Part shown: positions 1 through 12,714 of the stretch, piece after piece
How positions within the stretch are numbered: the first letter of the stretch is position 1
Layout: each line of letters opens with the position of its first letter
Origin: Amphiscolops sp. MND2022
Lineage: Eukaryota
NCBI GenBank assembly: GCA_964187785.1
Contig: OZ076409.1
Coordinates: forward strand, 20,586,001-20,650,000
Reading direction: 5' to 3'
Length of the DNA stretch: 64,000 nucleotides
Notes under the pieces: generated by a model
What the model was told of the DNA's origin: nothing
The model's input: the letters and a program-made list of their open reading frames with translations, nothing else
Database searches by the model: none
Position numbers and translations under genes: made by a program

Positions 1-3000
1 TTTCGATGCTTCTGTGTTTATCAAACTATCTCCCGATCTCCGATGTTTTTGATCTTTGGGTTCATTCAGTTTCAGAAGGTAGTAGTGTTGTTGGACGTTT
101 CCTATTTGATGGGCTACCATTTATAGCTCATTAATTATGTTCAGTTGATATTGTTGACTCAATTTTTAGAGCAATTTCTGGTCTTCAAGTGCTTTTAACC
201 ACAAATCACATGAACATGCAAAATCTATTTATCCGTTCATAAAAAGGTGCAAAGCTCTGCTCAATCATGCCAACTGAAATTTGAGATCTCGCGGGTTGTC
301 TTTGAAGAAGGTTCTACAACACGGTTACAAAGTGGAAAATTGATGGTACCACCATACATATAATGAATGTAATGTTGGCTGTGGTTGGAGTTGTCGCTTT
401 AACAAGGAAAGGAAGCCTCTAGGTTTCATACTTATCAGCAACTGCAATCGATATGTGTATCTAATTGTATGTGTTTCCTCTCTGAGTGACTGCCCTAATC
501 ACAGAGTGGACACGGCGGTGTGACAACTTAGTCAGCTTAGGCAACACAGAACACAGATAAGACACGGATAAGACAGATAATGACTGCCTTGTTATTTGCC
601 AAGACAGTCAGCCAGGAAATTAGTTGGCTTTGAGGATTCAACCTGGACACCCGTTAACCGCGCCATTATTGGGGTCTACACAGGTATTGGGGTTTAGCCA
701 CTGACGCTAAGTCCAGGGTGCGAAAGGGTCCTCGCGGCGACAAAAAGAGACAAATTATGGGTCCCGTTATGGGGGACAGTCGGGCAATGGACGGGGGGGT
801 TGGTGATCACGCAAGGGGCTTGAACCTGGGAATGCAACAGGGTGGTTAATGGGATGAAGGGGTTTACAGAAGAAGTAGAACGGGTTAGAGGGGAAGCGCG
901 AAAGAAAAGGCGGAAGCATGGGAAAAATGACGTGCAAGCAATGACGCAATCATTTGGAATATTTGCCATAGAACAATTAATGGGTACATGCTTTAATGCG
1001 GCCACAAAGTGGTAGAAAGAATTGTGAAGTTCGTATACCGCGAAGGAAGTAATGTGCATAGATAGCAATGGGCATTGTTGCAGAATTCAATCAATGGAAT
1101 GCCAAATAGCCGTGCAAAATTGATTGTCTCTTCTTCCCGCAGGAGTTGAGCCGTGATAAATAAAAGATTTGCAAAATCACCTCCCGTCCCCGACTTTTGA
1201 CGAAGCGTCAAAGGCACAAATTGAGACTGACGTGAATCATAAGCGCCGCCAGTGCACAAATTGAGCCACTAAACACTAAATCAAACAGAACCCCCCTCCC
1301 AGACCGCCTTCCTTCAAATGCCGGTACCGCTGTAATACTGTCCTCTATTTGTTTTAACTGAAAAATTCATTCCAATCAATCCAGTTATGTCATCTAAAGT
1401 GGGGTGGTAAAAGCCGCCCATGTGAACGAAAAGCCTCATCATTTTTTTTGTTTTTGATGCAGAACTTCAGGCAGGCTTTTCAAGCTAACCAGAACAAACA
1501 TTGCAGCTTTTCTACATCAATCTAACTATTCCCAAGAAAATAATTTCGTAGGAGCCCATAACTTTGTTCAAAAAGTGCGCATAAAAAAGTTTGAATCGGC
1601 TATTACAATTTAAAATTATGACACTTCGACTTTTCGTTTTGCGCCCATATTCCTCACGGAAAGGAAAATTAATCGTTAATCTCTGATTATGCTTTTTCTT
1701 ATAAATTTTGACATGTTCTAAATTTATATTCAAAAGATGAAGCTTCTTTCGCACAGTTTAAACTTAACCACAAGAAAATATGTAGAATAGCAGATGTTTG
1801 AACCTGTTTTGTAAATTGAAAAATGGCCCAAAAGTCCAAAATGCAATGTAACGGCAAGCGCTAAGCGGCTGTATCGTGACATTCGAGTGGAGGAACTGGT
1901 GCCATGGATATGGTCCGAGACAAACAACCATGACATCAGCTCACTTTGTCCTCCTAAGGATAGCCGGTCCCGAGAAGGGGGAACCGTCTTAAAGGACGCT
2001 CTCCGGCCTGTTCCAGTCTGTAACTGCTGAGAATAACGGGCATTATGCTTTTTCTCTTCACAACCACCGTCTAGACAGCCTTTACAAACAATGCCAAAGA
2101 TAAACAGTCTAAATTTCCAATTCCAGGGTGACATGGGAATAAGATCTAAACTGCGAAAACTAGCGCTCGAGCTAGCTAAAACCAGTGAAAATACAGGCAT
2201 GAATATGGCAAACCACACAGCTACAAGCTGGGGGGCAGGGACTCCAAGCACCAAACAAGGATAATTAGGCGAAAAGACGCATTTTCCGGTTCTTGCTACA
2301 TTGGGGTTAGCACCTCAAAAAGAGTCTATTTATGAGTTTTCTAAACGCTCGGGCTTCTGCACTGCGTGTTCCCGTTCGGTCGTCTCCGCGGGCGGCTTGC
2401 TTTGTCTTCCGAAAAGCTTTTTTGACAGGCACTTTGGCCAAATCATGCTCAATTTGCCATGTCAGATTTGAACGAATTTTTGGTCGACTTTTTCTGAAAA
2501 CTCGTTGTACCACAGGCTTCCTTTACACAGAAAAGTCCAATTTTTGACCGATTTAACTTATTTCGACATAAAGTTCAAGGACAAAACAATTGGCTACTTT
2601 TCATTTTTTAAATAAATAAGTATTAATTTGAAAAAATTTGAATTGGACCAAAAAGTTTTCATTTTTTCAGTTTTCGCGTGTGTTCTGTATCTTTTGGCGA
2701 CGCAAAGACTAATAAAAAATTGGTGCTGTCATAATGAGTGAGGGTGGAACTTATCATTGTGCTCAGGGGGTGGTTTCATTTTACATTTAATCATATTTAT
2801 TGGTCGCATAGAGGTGATGGTGAGTGGAGAAAGATTTGAACCAAATACCGATCTTTTGGTAGAATAGAACATCCTTGGACATGAACGTTGAAACAATAGG
2901 GTATTCGAATTGCACTTTAAGAAAGAAAGTGGGAAAAGGTCCTCGACTTGAAAAACAATAATCCCAAAGTTTTCGAATTTTGTCGATTTGTACATTTTCC

Positions 3001-3474
3001 GATAAATTACTTCAATCAGAAAGCTCTTATGATCACGATTGAAACGTGTAACTACCGGTAGTGTTTGGAAATCATATCAGAAATTTTTATTTTTCAGAAA
3101 AACGTAGAACAGTTTTCGAAATTATCTGTCAAGTGTTTAACGTTTAAAAAGCTCCAAGGAAAATCACTAGGTTTGGAGTACGCCTTCCAAAAGAAATCGG
3201 TTTTGCAGTTTTCCTCGTAGAAAATCCTGAGAATGACCCCAAAATCAAGACATTTTAGATGATTGTTGCAATTATTTTGTTAAATTGTCGAGCTGTTTCG
3301 TGTGCTAGAATGGTGTAATCTTTCAACAACAAAAACTGGGTTTCCATTATGCTTTTCAAAAGAGACATCTTTAGTTTCATTTCAGAAACGTTCGTTGAAT
3401 TGACACCAAATGTCTCGAAAACATCAAAATGCTCCATTGTTTGACACTTCGTGTGACGTTATGTGCAATAATAT

Positions 3475-4359
3475 AAGAAGCCGGGACCAGACCATGTTGG
3501 CGCACCGCTCAAGTTTCTTAATCTTGCAAAGGACACTATTTTAAATTGTTACCCTTTTTTCTGTACCAATAATTACCCCAAGAAATACGCCTGAGACTAG
3601 AAAACTACTTTTTCCCCAACAGGAAAAAACCCATTTTCGGACAAGTCCCATAGTGCCGAAGAAGGTTTCAGCTCGCAAAACTACTTTTTCTAAAGTCGAA
3701 ATGAGCGTTGAAAGTGAGGGGTACCCTTCGATCAGATGAATGTTTCGGAAAGACGCACTGAGGTGAAAAAAGCTGAAAAGAAGTGTTTTCAACCATCATT
3801 CAGAAAACTCATCAGTTACACACATCAAAAAAACAAGAAAGAGGTCTTCCTCAAGACTCTGGGAACATATTTCCTTCATAAAAAACCTCAAAATGCTAAA
3901 ATGGAAAAAAAAATAATTCTTCAAAAATTGTTTCCGGAAAAATTTTTCGAAAAATTTCTCCGAATCCTGTAAGTCGCACAGTGCCGAAAAAAACGAAACG
4001 TGGCCAGTTATACTTGCAAAAACTGTGTTTTCTACCTAAAAACAGGTGACGGAGTTTATGATTACAAAAATGTGTGAAAAAGTCTCATAGTCCCGGAAGT
4101 GTTCTAAAGGGGGACCTTTTGGTCTTCCCCTACTTTTCCAACATAAAAACTTTTTTGGTTGAGTGCGGGACTCGAACCCAGGTGCCCTTGCTTTTAACAC
4201 TGCAGGAAATCCGCGTTAAACACTGGGTCAAGTGGAAGTGAAAAGTTACTTGAAAAGTTGAAGAACTTTTCGTAGATCAGGTGTTATTGAAAAAAAATAC
4301 TGACGAAATACTGAGCCATGACTATACTCGTTCTTTCTTGACGAAACGCGCCGACTGAA
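3475..4359 (-). mobile_element. Helentron/DINE-1-like non-autonomous element, family A (degenerate copy)
   Basis: Minus-strand 5' end AGTCGGCGCG (plus GCGCCGACT at 4348-4356); degenerate 3' end (plus AAGAAGCCGGGACCAGACC..TGGCGC at 3475-3503); internal family motifs AAAGTCGCATAGTGCCGAAAA; B-box-like GGGTTCGAGTCCC on minus near 4167-4180. Confidence 0.65.
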
Positions 4360-4931
4360 TATTTGGTATGTTAGGGACTGGTGTCCACATAGTTCAACAA
4401 CAAAACAATTAGGTACTTAGCGTGTTCATACATTAGGTGTTCGCTCTAAAAATGGGCTAAGATGAATCAAAACTTTCATTTCAAATGGCTATTCTTGAGC
4501 CTCAAATTAATGTCGTTGTAGAACAGTTTGGGGCGGTTGATATCTCGCTGCTCAGTTGGCGTCTTGTTTAAATACAATTGAGTATGATTTAATTTGATCT
4601 TTGTACCCGCGAATAAATGATTAAGTGTACGAGCTAGAATCTGCAACGCTGTGGCATGATTTAAATGTTCCCTTGGAAAAACGGATGCAGAGTTTGTCAG
4701 CAAAAAGTATATAACGATACATCGATATCGCGGTCCGTCCACGGAAACGTTTGGATTCGAGCATGGAAAATGTTTCAAAATTGACAGATTTGGGACAAGT
4801 TTCACAGCATCACACTTTCCTTTGAAGTTTCCGGAACAATTGTTTGATAAAATTCAGTGAAGAACCTTTCTATGCATAGCTGAACTTTGGTCAAAAATTT
4901 TAACAACACTTCTTCCAACTAGAACAAGATA

Positions 4932-5100
4932 TTTTCAGTCGGCTTTTCAATATACAAAAAGTGCACGACTCCTACAGAGGCAACTTTTTAGTTTGCGCTT
5001 TTTGAAATACAGAACGTAACCGACTCTTACAGAGGCAATTTTCAGTCGGCGCTTTTGAAATACGAAAAGTGCCCAACCCTCACAGAAAACTTTTTTCTTT
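4932..5100 (+). repeat. Three tandem copies (~53 bp) of the family-A 5' terminal hairpin module
   Basis: TTTTCAGTCGGC(GC)TTTT..AAATAC..AA..GT....GACTC.TACAGAGGCAA repeated at ~4933, ~4985 and ~5039, followed by further family-A internal sequence. Confidence 0.65.
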
Positions 5101-5655
5101 TTTCGTCTGTGGTCACACTGAATGGTCCACTGTTTTGTTCCTTCTTCAATTGTCGATCTTCTATCATCGCGAAGCCAGACTAAAATGTGTTAAGGACCAA
5201 CTAGAAACATTAACAAGGCTGGCAGAGCAAAGAGCCTCATTGAGGTTTTTCAGCATTAATCGCCTTTTTTTCGAAAAAAAAAGCGTTCACAAAATGCTCT
5301 TTCTTCGCGTTTCACACTGTTTTAACTTCGGAAAGTTGTTTACCGAGCATAAAGGATGCGTCTTTGGGATGTTTTGGAACTGTGCAACTATGTTCAGGAT
5401 ACAAGTTTTCTATTAAGATGGTACTGTTGTATAATTTTAGTCAGACAAAAGCGTTTTTCGACTCTACAGGGTTTTCTATCTGAAGTTATGACAATTTGAA
5501 TGAAGCCACTGTGTGTATTTGAACCACAGCGTATTTGAAACTGCTAACACGAGATACTTTTCGCCTATCGGCTAATACGAAGTCAGACCCCTTCCGAACT
5601 CAATTGTTAAGTTACTGAAACAATAAAACTAAAAAAGTCCACAGATGTTAGGGCA

Positions 5656-6304
5656 CCCTTGTCGAGAAAAAAAGCATGTCTTGCAAGATTCTTGCAAGAC
5701 AATCATGAAAAATGTAAATTTTGCAAGATTCTGGCAGAAAAAGCAAATCTTGCAAGAATCTGACAGAAAAGTCATATCTTGCAAGAATCTTGCAAGATTC
5801 TTGAAAGACTTGCATCACCAAGAAGAATTTCTTGCAAGATTTACATCACTATGCAGACAAAAATTCTGCTGCAAATTGAGAAGTTTCTATGGCCGTGAAC
5901 ATAAAGCATTAAAAAATAGAAACAAAGCTCAAAACCACCTGTTTTTATTTAGGATCTTAAACATCGCACAAAAAAATTCTTCTTGAACGGCTCTGTTTCA
6001 ATGCTCACTGGAAGTGCATCGAACTGTATCGGATGAACCCCAAAAAGAGAAGAAAATTTTTCAGCATTGAACCATTTTCAGTTTTGAAGGGAATGACTGT
6101 TTCAATTGCCAAAATATCTTGAGGAGGGGCAGCCTATAAAACGGAGTCTTGGAAGTAAATTTGAACCTTGCAAGATTCTTGCAAGATGACACAAATCTTG
6201 CAAGATTCTTGCAAGAAATCTGCCAGGTTAATGCATTCACTTGCAAGACCTTGCAAGAATGTCTGCCAGAATCTTGCAAGATTTGTGTTTTTTCCCAACC
6301 AGGG
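5656..6304. mobile_element. Non-autonomous TIR element (CMC/EnSpm-like MITE) with CTTGCAAG subterminal repeats
   Basis: Termini CCCTTGTCGAGAAAAAA...TTTTTTCCCAACCAGGG; 2-bp TSD CA (5654-5655 / 6305-6306); arrays of palindromic CTTGCAAG(ATT) at both ends. Confidence 0.8.
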
Positions 6305-6950
6305 CAATTAAAAGTATATTGGACAACTCGGATTCAAAATCGAAAAAAATTGAAAATACCGTCGTAAATTTGGTTGAAGGATAATTTTTGTCAGAAAAGG
6401 CACTAAAGCAGAAAGCGGAACTAAAATTAATCAATTTGAAAAAAAATACAGAACTTTTACACGCAAGAGATACGAACTCCCGCCTTGGAAAGAATTATCG
6501 AGAATAACAAATTTTCAAAAAAAACATGCAATGCCAGAACAATTACCAAATGAGACCCTTACATGGATAGTAAATCCTTCAGGGATGTAAATTTTTTTCA
6601 TAAAAAATTCAAAATGCCGAAATTACCCAAAAGGACCCTCTATCCATGAAAAACATCAAAAAACTAAAAAAGGGACCAGAAAAAAAGGAATTGTTATCGA
6701 AGAAGGCACAGTGCCGAAAAGGAACCAAACGGAGGACGGCATTCAATCTCTATATATTTCACGAAAAATAAAAAAGCATTAAGGAAGTGCTTCTGCAACA
6801 CTGGATGAACCTTAGAACTCCGTATTGTACGAAACTTTCCGACCTTGACACATTGAAAAAACCAAAAACGATGAAAAATATTTTTGATTTCTTTTGAATT
6901 GAAACAAAAAAGAACCTTTTCTGCCTGAAGAACGCAATGTCTTAACAGAA

Positions 6951-7935
6951 CCCTAGGTTACAAGAATCACAAATCTTGCAATATTCTTCCGAATTTCCCC
7001 TCAACTGTGCATTTCTTACAAGAATCTTACAAGTTTGTCCAAGAATCGCAAATTTTGCAAATTTGTTACAAGGTCGAACATTTCTTACAACATTCTGATA
7101 ACATTTTGCAAAAACTGCATTTTTTGTAAGAAATTCTTACAAAAATGTGATGTGTTATTTCGACCAAAATTTCAAAAAATCATCAAATTACCAGCAACAA
7201 CAGCCACAGTTGCCGTTTACAATGCACAAACTGTCCCAGGATCCCAGCAAAAGGGTCCAAATTGTTAATTTTGAGCAAGAAGAATTTGCATGCAATTTTA
7301 CCCCAAAAATTGCTATAACGTATTCCAGCTATGAAACTCCGGACTAAAATTCCGAGAACTCTTCAGCTAATGATGATAGGAATATGAACATGGTACCAAA
7401 TGAAAATACATTTCAAGGGTCTTCTAACGGCTCTAACCCAAAACTGCTGCCAGCTACTGTGATGGAGAAAATCAGTAAAAATACTACAAAACCACCTGCG
7501 CAATGTCATATTGAAAACTTTAAAAACACTGAAAATTCTAGCAAAATTCAACCATCGGTTTCATTTCTTTCCAAGCCCATTTTAACTAGTCAGGAGACTG
7601 CTGAGAATGGAGGACATTGCTCTTTTAGAGGCAGTGACTACATGCAGGGCTGTGATATTGTAAGCGAAAGCTTTACAACAATAACATCAAGCAATGCTCA
7701 TGATGCAAATAAGGCATTCCTATAATTTAAGATCTAGATGCTGTAATATGGGCAATTGTATCATTTTTCGCGTACAGATCGTTTTTTCTTTTGCAGCCGT
7801 TAAATATTCAGATTTATACATTGTTTGTGACATTCTGAGCAGAAGATTTTTGCAGGAGTTAGATTCTAAAAATACATTTTCTTACAAGATCTTACAAGAA
7901 TTCTTGTACGAATTTTGCAGGAGTTGTGACTTGTA
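6951..7935. mobile_element. Degenerate related TIR element with CTTACAAGA subterminal repeats
   Basis: Starts CCCTAGGTTACAAGAATC; TCTTACAAGA-type repeats at 6960-7145 and 7840-7930; right TIR decayed; interior contains an unassignable ORF-like stretch (7384-7725). Confidence 0.5.
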
Positions 7936-8386
7936 ATTTAAGGAAAACAAGCCGGGAGCAGCTTGAAAAGGCGCCCCGTTACAAGCTCTAAGAGAGAAAA
8001 GTCATTTCAAAACAATCAAAAACAGTTATGAATAAGAAATATCAATCTCACTTATAGGAAGAAGAACGGAAGAAATCACTCGACTCAAAAAAGTTTTGCT
8101 TAGCTGAAAATATCAAAAATCTTACAACTTTGGTGTTGGAAAATAGTTTTCCACTCAGAAAAAGCGTCAGTTCTCTGAGATCACAGTGCCAAAAAATCCT
8201 AAACAGAGGATCCTTTCTCATTAGCTTTGCAAACATGAAAATTATAAAAACGTGAAAATAATAAGATTTTTGCTCTCGTGCGGGACACCAACTTACTTAC
8301 TTTTGCTTCCCAAGCAAAGAACTCTCGTTATCTTTCAGGCCAAGTGGAATGTTCTTTCTAATTTTCCACCAGCATCTCTATTGGCA

Positions 8387-8526
8387 TGGGAGAAATTGAT
8401 AGAACGAAAAATTCAAAAAATGTTTTGGTTAATTTAAAGTTTTTTTGTTAACTCTCGATTTTAGGAAACAAAAAACTTTAAATTAAACAAAACATTTTTT
8501 GAATTTTTTTCTATCAATTTCTCCCA
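8387..8526. repeat. Long AT-rich inverted repeat (~62-bp arms, short loop), probable MITE
   Basis: TGGGAGAAATTGATAGAA..AAAATTCAAAAAATGTTTTG.TTAATTTAAAGTTTTTT is mirrored by its reverse complement ending TTCTATCAATTTCTCCCA. Confidence 0.8.
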
Positions 8527-9792
8527 ATTGCTTGAAAATAGCAAAACGAAAAGAGTAGCAGTCTAACGGTCAGCAGTTATATCTTCAAAGCATTGGGAGA
8601 GTTCTTGAAGCACGTAATTCAAGAGAATTATAGAGTCCTAATTTTGTTCAGTAGTTTTTGAGGAAGTACATTGTAAAAACGCACCTTAGGTATTCCGTTT
8701 TTTGCAATAGTACTCCAAATTCTAACAAACACTTCAAACTACGGCTGTAGTAATTATAATTTAGACAGAAGTTACATCAAAAATCAGAATGTTACCATAT
8801 AAGGCAGTACTGAGCAGTACTAAGTGGTAACTTTACAACCGCTTGGTGAAGCAGTAGAGGGGAATAGATGAAGACAGCTAATGAATTACAGATAAAACTG
8901 TCCAGGAGTATCCATTACTGTTCAGGTTAAATAGGTCAAGTTACTTTCGTTCGCTTTGTATACTGTGTAATAATTTACGTCTCTTGAATAGCCTCAAAGG
9001 TCAATGAATTCTATGATATTTCAGGTTGGAATAATGAAAAGCACAAAAAGAGTACTCTTGAAAAAGAGACTTTTCCCCACGGCAACAGGACAACTGACAT
9101 TCGCGTTCTTCAATGAATCAAAAAATCAAACTGTTTTTTGTTTCCATATATGTAAATGTTACGCCTCTAAAAAATGAGCCTTTAATTTTACCGTAACTTT
9201 ACTTAGCATGTCTGACGAATCGGAAAAATGGTTCTCAAAGTTGCGGATATTTGTTCTTAATCTGTTTTCGACGAGGAAAAGTTTTCGAAAATCAGTCAGA
9301 TGTGATAGTCTAGAAATCGAAGAGCCAGAAAAATTGTACACTTTGATTGCTGATAACTTAAGCATCACTTCGCTGGCCGCCCAAGCAATAACAGGTTTGA
9401 GAGAATCACAACAGAGCTCATTTTTTTGCAAAAAATATCGACTGTTGCTCCTGAATTGGTATAAGTTTAGTGAGAAATTCTTATATTAAAATGGTATTCA
9501 GAGCTGCTGCTTACGAATTAAATCCAAGAATTTGGAAATCAGGGAAAAGTTATCGCTACTGGAGCATGCAATTTTTCACAAAGTAGAACGGTAAAGACTT
9601 CTTATTATGTGTCGAAATAGAACACATCTTGAAATGTTTGAATCATTCAATGAAATTAACTTTGCTTTGTTACCTCCCGATACAGGGCCAAATGTTCAAA
9701 ATTTCAGAAATTATTCAACATAGTCGGTTTTTTTAATTGAGTAATGTACAAATTTGATAAAAATTAGGGTAAAAAACACGGGTTTCGCTGAC

Positions 9793-9936
9793 CTGTTGTG
9801 AGGTTTCGCACATAGCTCTGTGGAATGACTGAGAGCAGTCTAAGTTCGGTCAGAGTGAAGTCTGAAGAGGGCTCGGGAAGGGTGACGTTGTTGAACAGAT
9901 CCCATCTCACCACTATTTCAGATGTCTGGTACCCGT
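9793..9936 (-). CDS. Cys-loop ligand-gated ion channel subunit, exon encoding loop B-loop F-loop C
   Basis: Acceptor TGTTTTGTTTTCAG, donor GTCAGC; 144 nt, phase 1 to 1; (Y)GYQTSEIVVRWDLFNNVTLPEPSSDFTLTELRLLSVIPQSYVRNLTT(G); in frame with the preceding exon. Confidence 0.92.
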
Positions 9937-10211
9937 CTGAAAACAAAACAGCTGGTACACAGCGCAACATGCTACCCGAAACAATCCCAACTAATACCAC
10001 CTCTCATTAGTGGGGAATGTAGGGAAATCCTGACAATAGCTACCTTTTATCTGCGAACTGCAACTTTTTGTTGATCTTCAAAAAGTTTAATAAGTTGTAT
10101 ATATAACCTTTACCGGGCGGAGTTGCGGTTATTTTTCAAAATGCATGTATTTCAAGCATATTTCAAGCAGCTTAGAGGCAAGTCGCCGTTCGATTTTGTA
10201 TCCGGTAACTA

Positions 10212-10943
10212 CCCAGGTTTTCGATCTTTGCGAATCTATGCAGATCTGCAGAATTTTTGCAGATCTTTGCAGATATGCGCAGATTCGAAGAAAAATGATC
10301 CACTTAGAAACACAATAGAAACCCCACAGCAATGTCAAACGAATAATAAAAATGTTTAAAACCCGAGAGAAATCTCATTTATGTCAAATGATGAAACATT
10401 TTTCTGCAGCAATCTGTACAGATCTTTACAGATCCAAACAATGACCAGTAGATTACTATAACGTATTCTGAGTTACCAGAAATTAATATTACTCCAACAA
10501 ACCATGTTCCCGAAATATTACAACAACAACACTTTATCAACACATCTACCAACCCAGAAGGTTGCCACATGTCAAATTTCATCCGTCAAAACGAAGTCAA
10601 TAAGGCAAACGAGCTTCTCAAAGTTCACCAACAACTCCAGTCACCAAAACTACTGTGATGGGGACAAATTTTCCTTCTCGAGAATTTTAAGTGATCGAGA
10701 GTATCAACTGACCGAGCCTTGATCAGCTAAAATAGTTGATGAAGTAGTTAAAGAAGTCCAAAAAAGCAGTATATTGGTTCCTTAGAAGCTGCAGAAAAAC
10801 ATATTTCTGCAAATATCTTTAAAGAATATCTGCACACTTCTGTAAAATTATTGCAGATCTGTATGGATCTTCAAGATTCAGTGCAACGATCTTCGCAGAA
10901 CCCTGCAGAAAAAATCCTGTAAAGTTCTGTAAAGTTCTGTAAA
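10212..10943. mobile_element. Degenerate TIR element with TCTGCAGA subterminal repeats
   Basis: Starts CCCAGGTTTT; TCTGCAGA/AGATCT repeats at 10225-10290, 10400-10435 and 10790-10940; right end not recognisable (abuts the palindrome). Confidence 0.45.
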
Positions 10944-11055
10944 GTTGTTGTTAAAAGACTTTTTGCTTTTCTGCGAGTGTTCACATCGGCCGGAATGTAT
11001 ACATTCCGGCCGATGCGAACACTCGGAGAAAAGCAAAAAGTCTTTCAACAATAAC
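10944..11055. repeat. 112-bp spacerless near-perfect palindrome
   Basis: Centre GAATGTA|TACATTC between 10999 and 11000; 56-bp arms with 4 mismatches by manual pairing. Confidence 0.95.
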
Positions 11056-11891
11056 TTACTCTCGAACTATCCTCCAACGGCGTTCCTTAAAGAACACAAT
11101 CGTTAGAACATACAATTGGTTACGCACTCTCGACCTAATATCCAGTAACTTGACAACTTTGTCAGAATCGTCAGTTAAAAGTGTCATTACAAACATAGCT
11201 ATCAATTTTATCTCAAACAATTCTGAAGTCTTCAGTATCTACTTCTAGACTTTCAGATTCAGATTGTCAAACCAATGATTCTAAATAGATTTCTTTGGGA
11301 AGTAAAGTTGGTTCTCAGGGCGAACACTTCAATGTCGATCTGAAAAGCTCTTTTTTCGTCCTTTTGACGTTTCTTTAGTTGACATTTTCCTATGTAACTT
11401 TATATCGTCAATAAATAAACTATTCAAACCTGTTCGTTTATTTTTTCAGAAAAAATGGTAATGGCTGCTGCTAGTACGCAGTTAAAAAGTTTGTTTTTCT
11501 AGAAATCAAAAAAATGTATAAATTTCAGAAATCTCAAAAAATTAACAATAGTGAATTTGATTCTCTCGGATAAACAAAATCAAAAAGGGTTATTTAATAA
11601 GGAACACAAATTTCGAAATTTTGGAATAAATTCCAATTGTCATGCAGTTTCAACCAGTTGCAATAATCAAATGCCACAAAGACGCTTCAAGCAGGTAAGT
11701 GTAGGTCTTTAAAATCTCAAAATCTGAATTTATTGACATTTCATAAGAAGTCATAACAAAAAGTAATTCTAGAAATAACATTTCAGTCATAATTCTTTGA
11801 CAACTTCACCATGATTGTCAGGCTTATTTATGATTTTTCCAAATACTCACTCGAAACTTTTGCTAGACTAGGATTAAGCGTTATTACTTAC

Positions 11892-11974
11892 AGCTTTCCA
11901 CGTGCAGCTTGCATTTTTGAATGTCCATTGGAAAGTATTGCAGATCCATTTTACAGTGACATTTAACTGTCACC
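11892..11974 (-). CDS. Cys-loop ligand-gated ion channel subunit, Cys-loop exon
   Basis: Acceptor CTCTTTGTTTCAG, donor GTAAGT; 83 nt, phase 2 to 1; (R)VTVKCHCKMDLQYFPMDIQKCKLHVES with the C-x13-C signature and FPMD motif. Not in the ORF track. Confidence 0.96.
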
Positions 11975-12484
11975 CTGAAACAAAGAGTTGTACTTCAAAT
12001 TGCAGTTGGTAATATAGAGCGATGTACAAAATGACAAATATACTCATCGTACGGACTTCCTATTCATCTCGTGTATTTGATCAAGAAACGTGTATTTGAT
12101 TGATTATTATAGAAAAACAAAAAAATATGTGTGTAAGTATTGTAATAATGAGATTTTCAATTTTTTAAAGTTTAAAAAAACGAATTTTCTAACAAAAAGA
12201 AGCCTGACGTATCACTTATACTCAACTCGTTGGTCTCAAAAATATTGGTGGCCATAGTAGAAAATCAGTGGATGCAGAACCATCGATGCATCTCCGCATT
12301 CAAAGTGAAGTTTCAATGCATCAAAGCTCAATTGATGAGAGCGGGAATAATGTCTAAAAGTGTTTCGGTTACAACGCCTAAGACTCAATGTATTAGCATA
12401 TGGAATGAAAATAACATGGATTTAGACGTTTTCCCCAAAAACGATCAAGGGAATTGTCCTGCTCGTTCCCCTCAAACGACCTAC

Positions 12485-12714
12485 CTCATGTTATAAAGGA
12501 TGGTGCCGTTGGGGTAGACCTTGATGTAGGAGTTGGGTCTTGTGTTGGTGTGATTCCAGCTGGTCTTGCTGTTGGCGAAGAAAGAGTCAGGCACCCAAAT
12601 CTTCCTGGCATACCCCGCAGTCAACGTTAAAGGCACATCCGAGTCCGCAAACGCCAAGTACTCTAGCCGTGCATCCTGCCACTTTTGAAGGAACGAAAAC
12701 TGCAACTTGAAACT
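12485..12714 (-). CDS. Cys-loop ligand-gated ion channel subunit, exon encoding loops D, A, E
   Basis: Acceptor TTTCTTATTGCTTCAG, donor GTAGGT; 230 nt, phase 0 to 2; SFKLQFSFLQKWQDARL...KIWVPDSFFANSK...PNSYIKVYPNGTILYNM(R); WxDxRL and WxPD motifs of anion-selective (GABA/Gly/GluCl-type) subunits. Confidence 0.96.

Noticed and set aside
5656..6304. Palindromic CTTGCAAG arrays (also 60919-61882, 48670-48780) as CRISPR-like repeats
   Set aside because: No constant repeat with unique spacers, no cas genes, eukaryotic context; they lie inside transposon termini.
1..9792. Transmembrane (M1-M4) exons of the Cys-loop receptor; ORFs 694-1068, 993-1259 and 1730-2254
   Set aside because: No phase-1 exon with an RxxxYY / SWxSFW / PAR-like pattern found by eye, and the ORFs show no recognisable motif. 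The exons probably lie left of the window.
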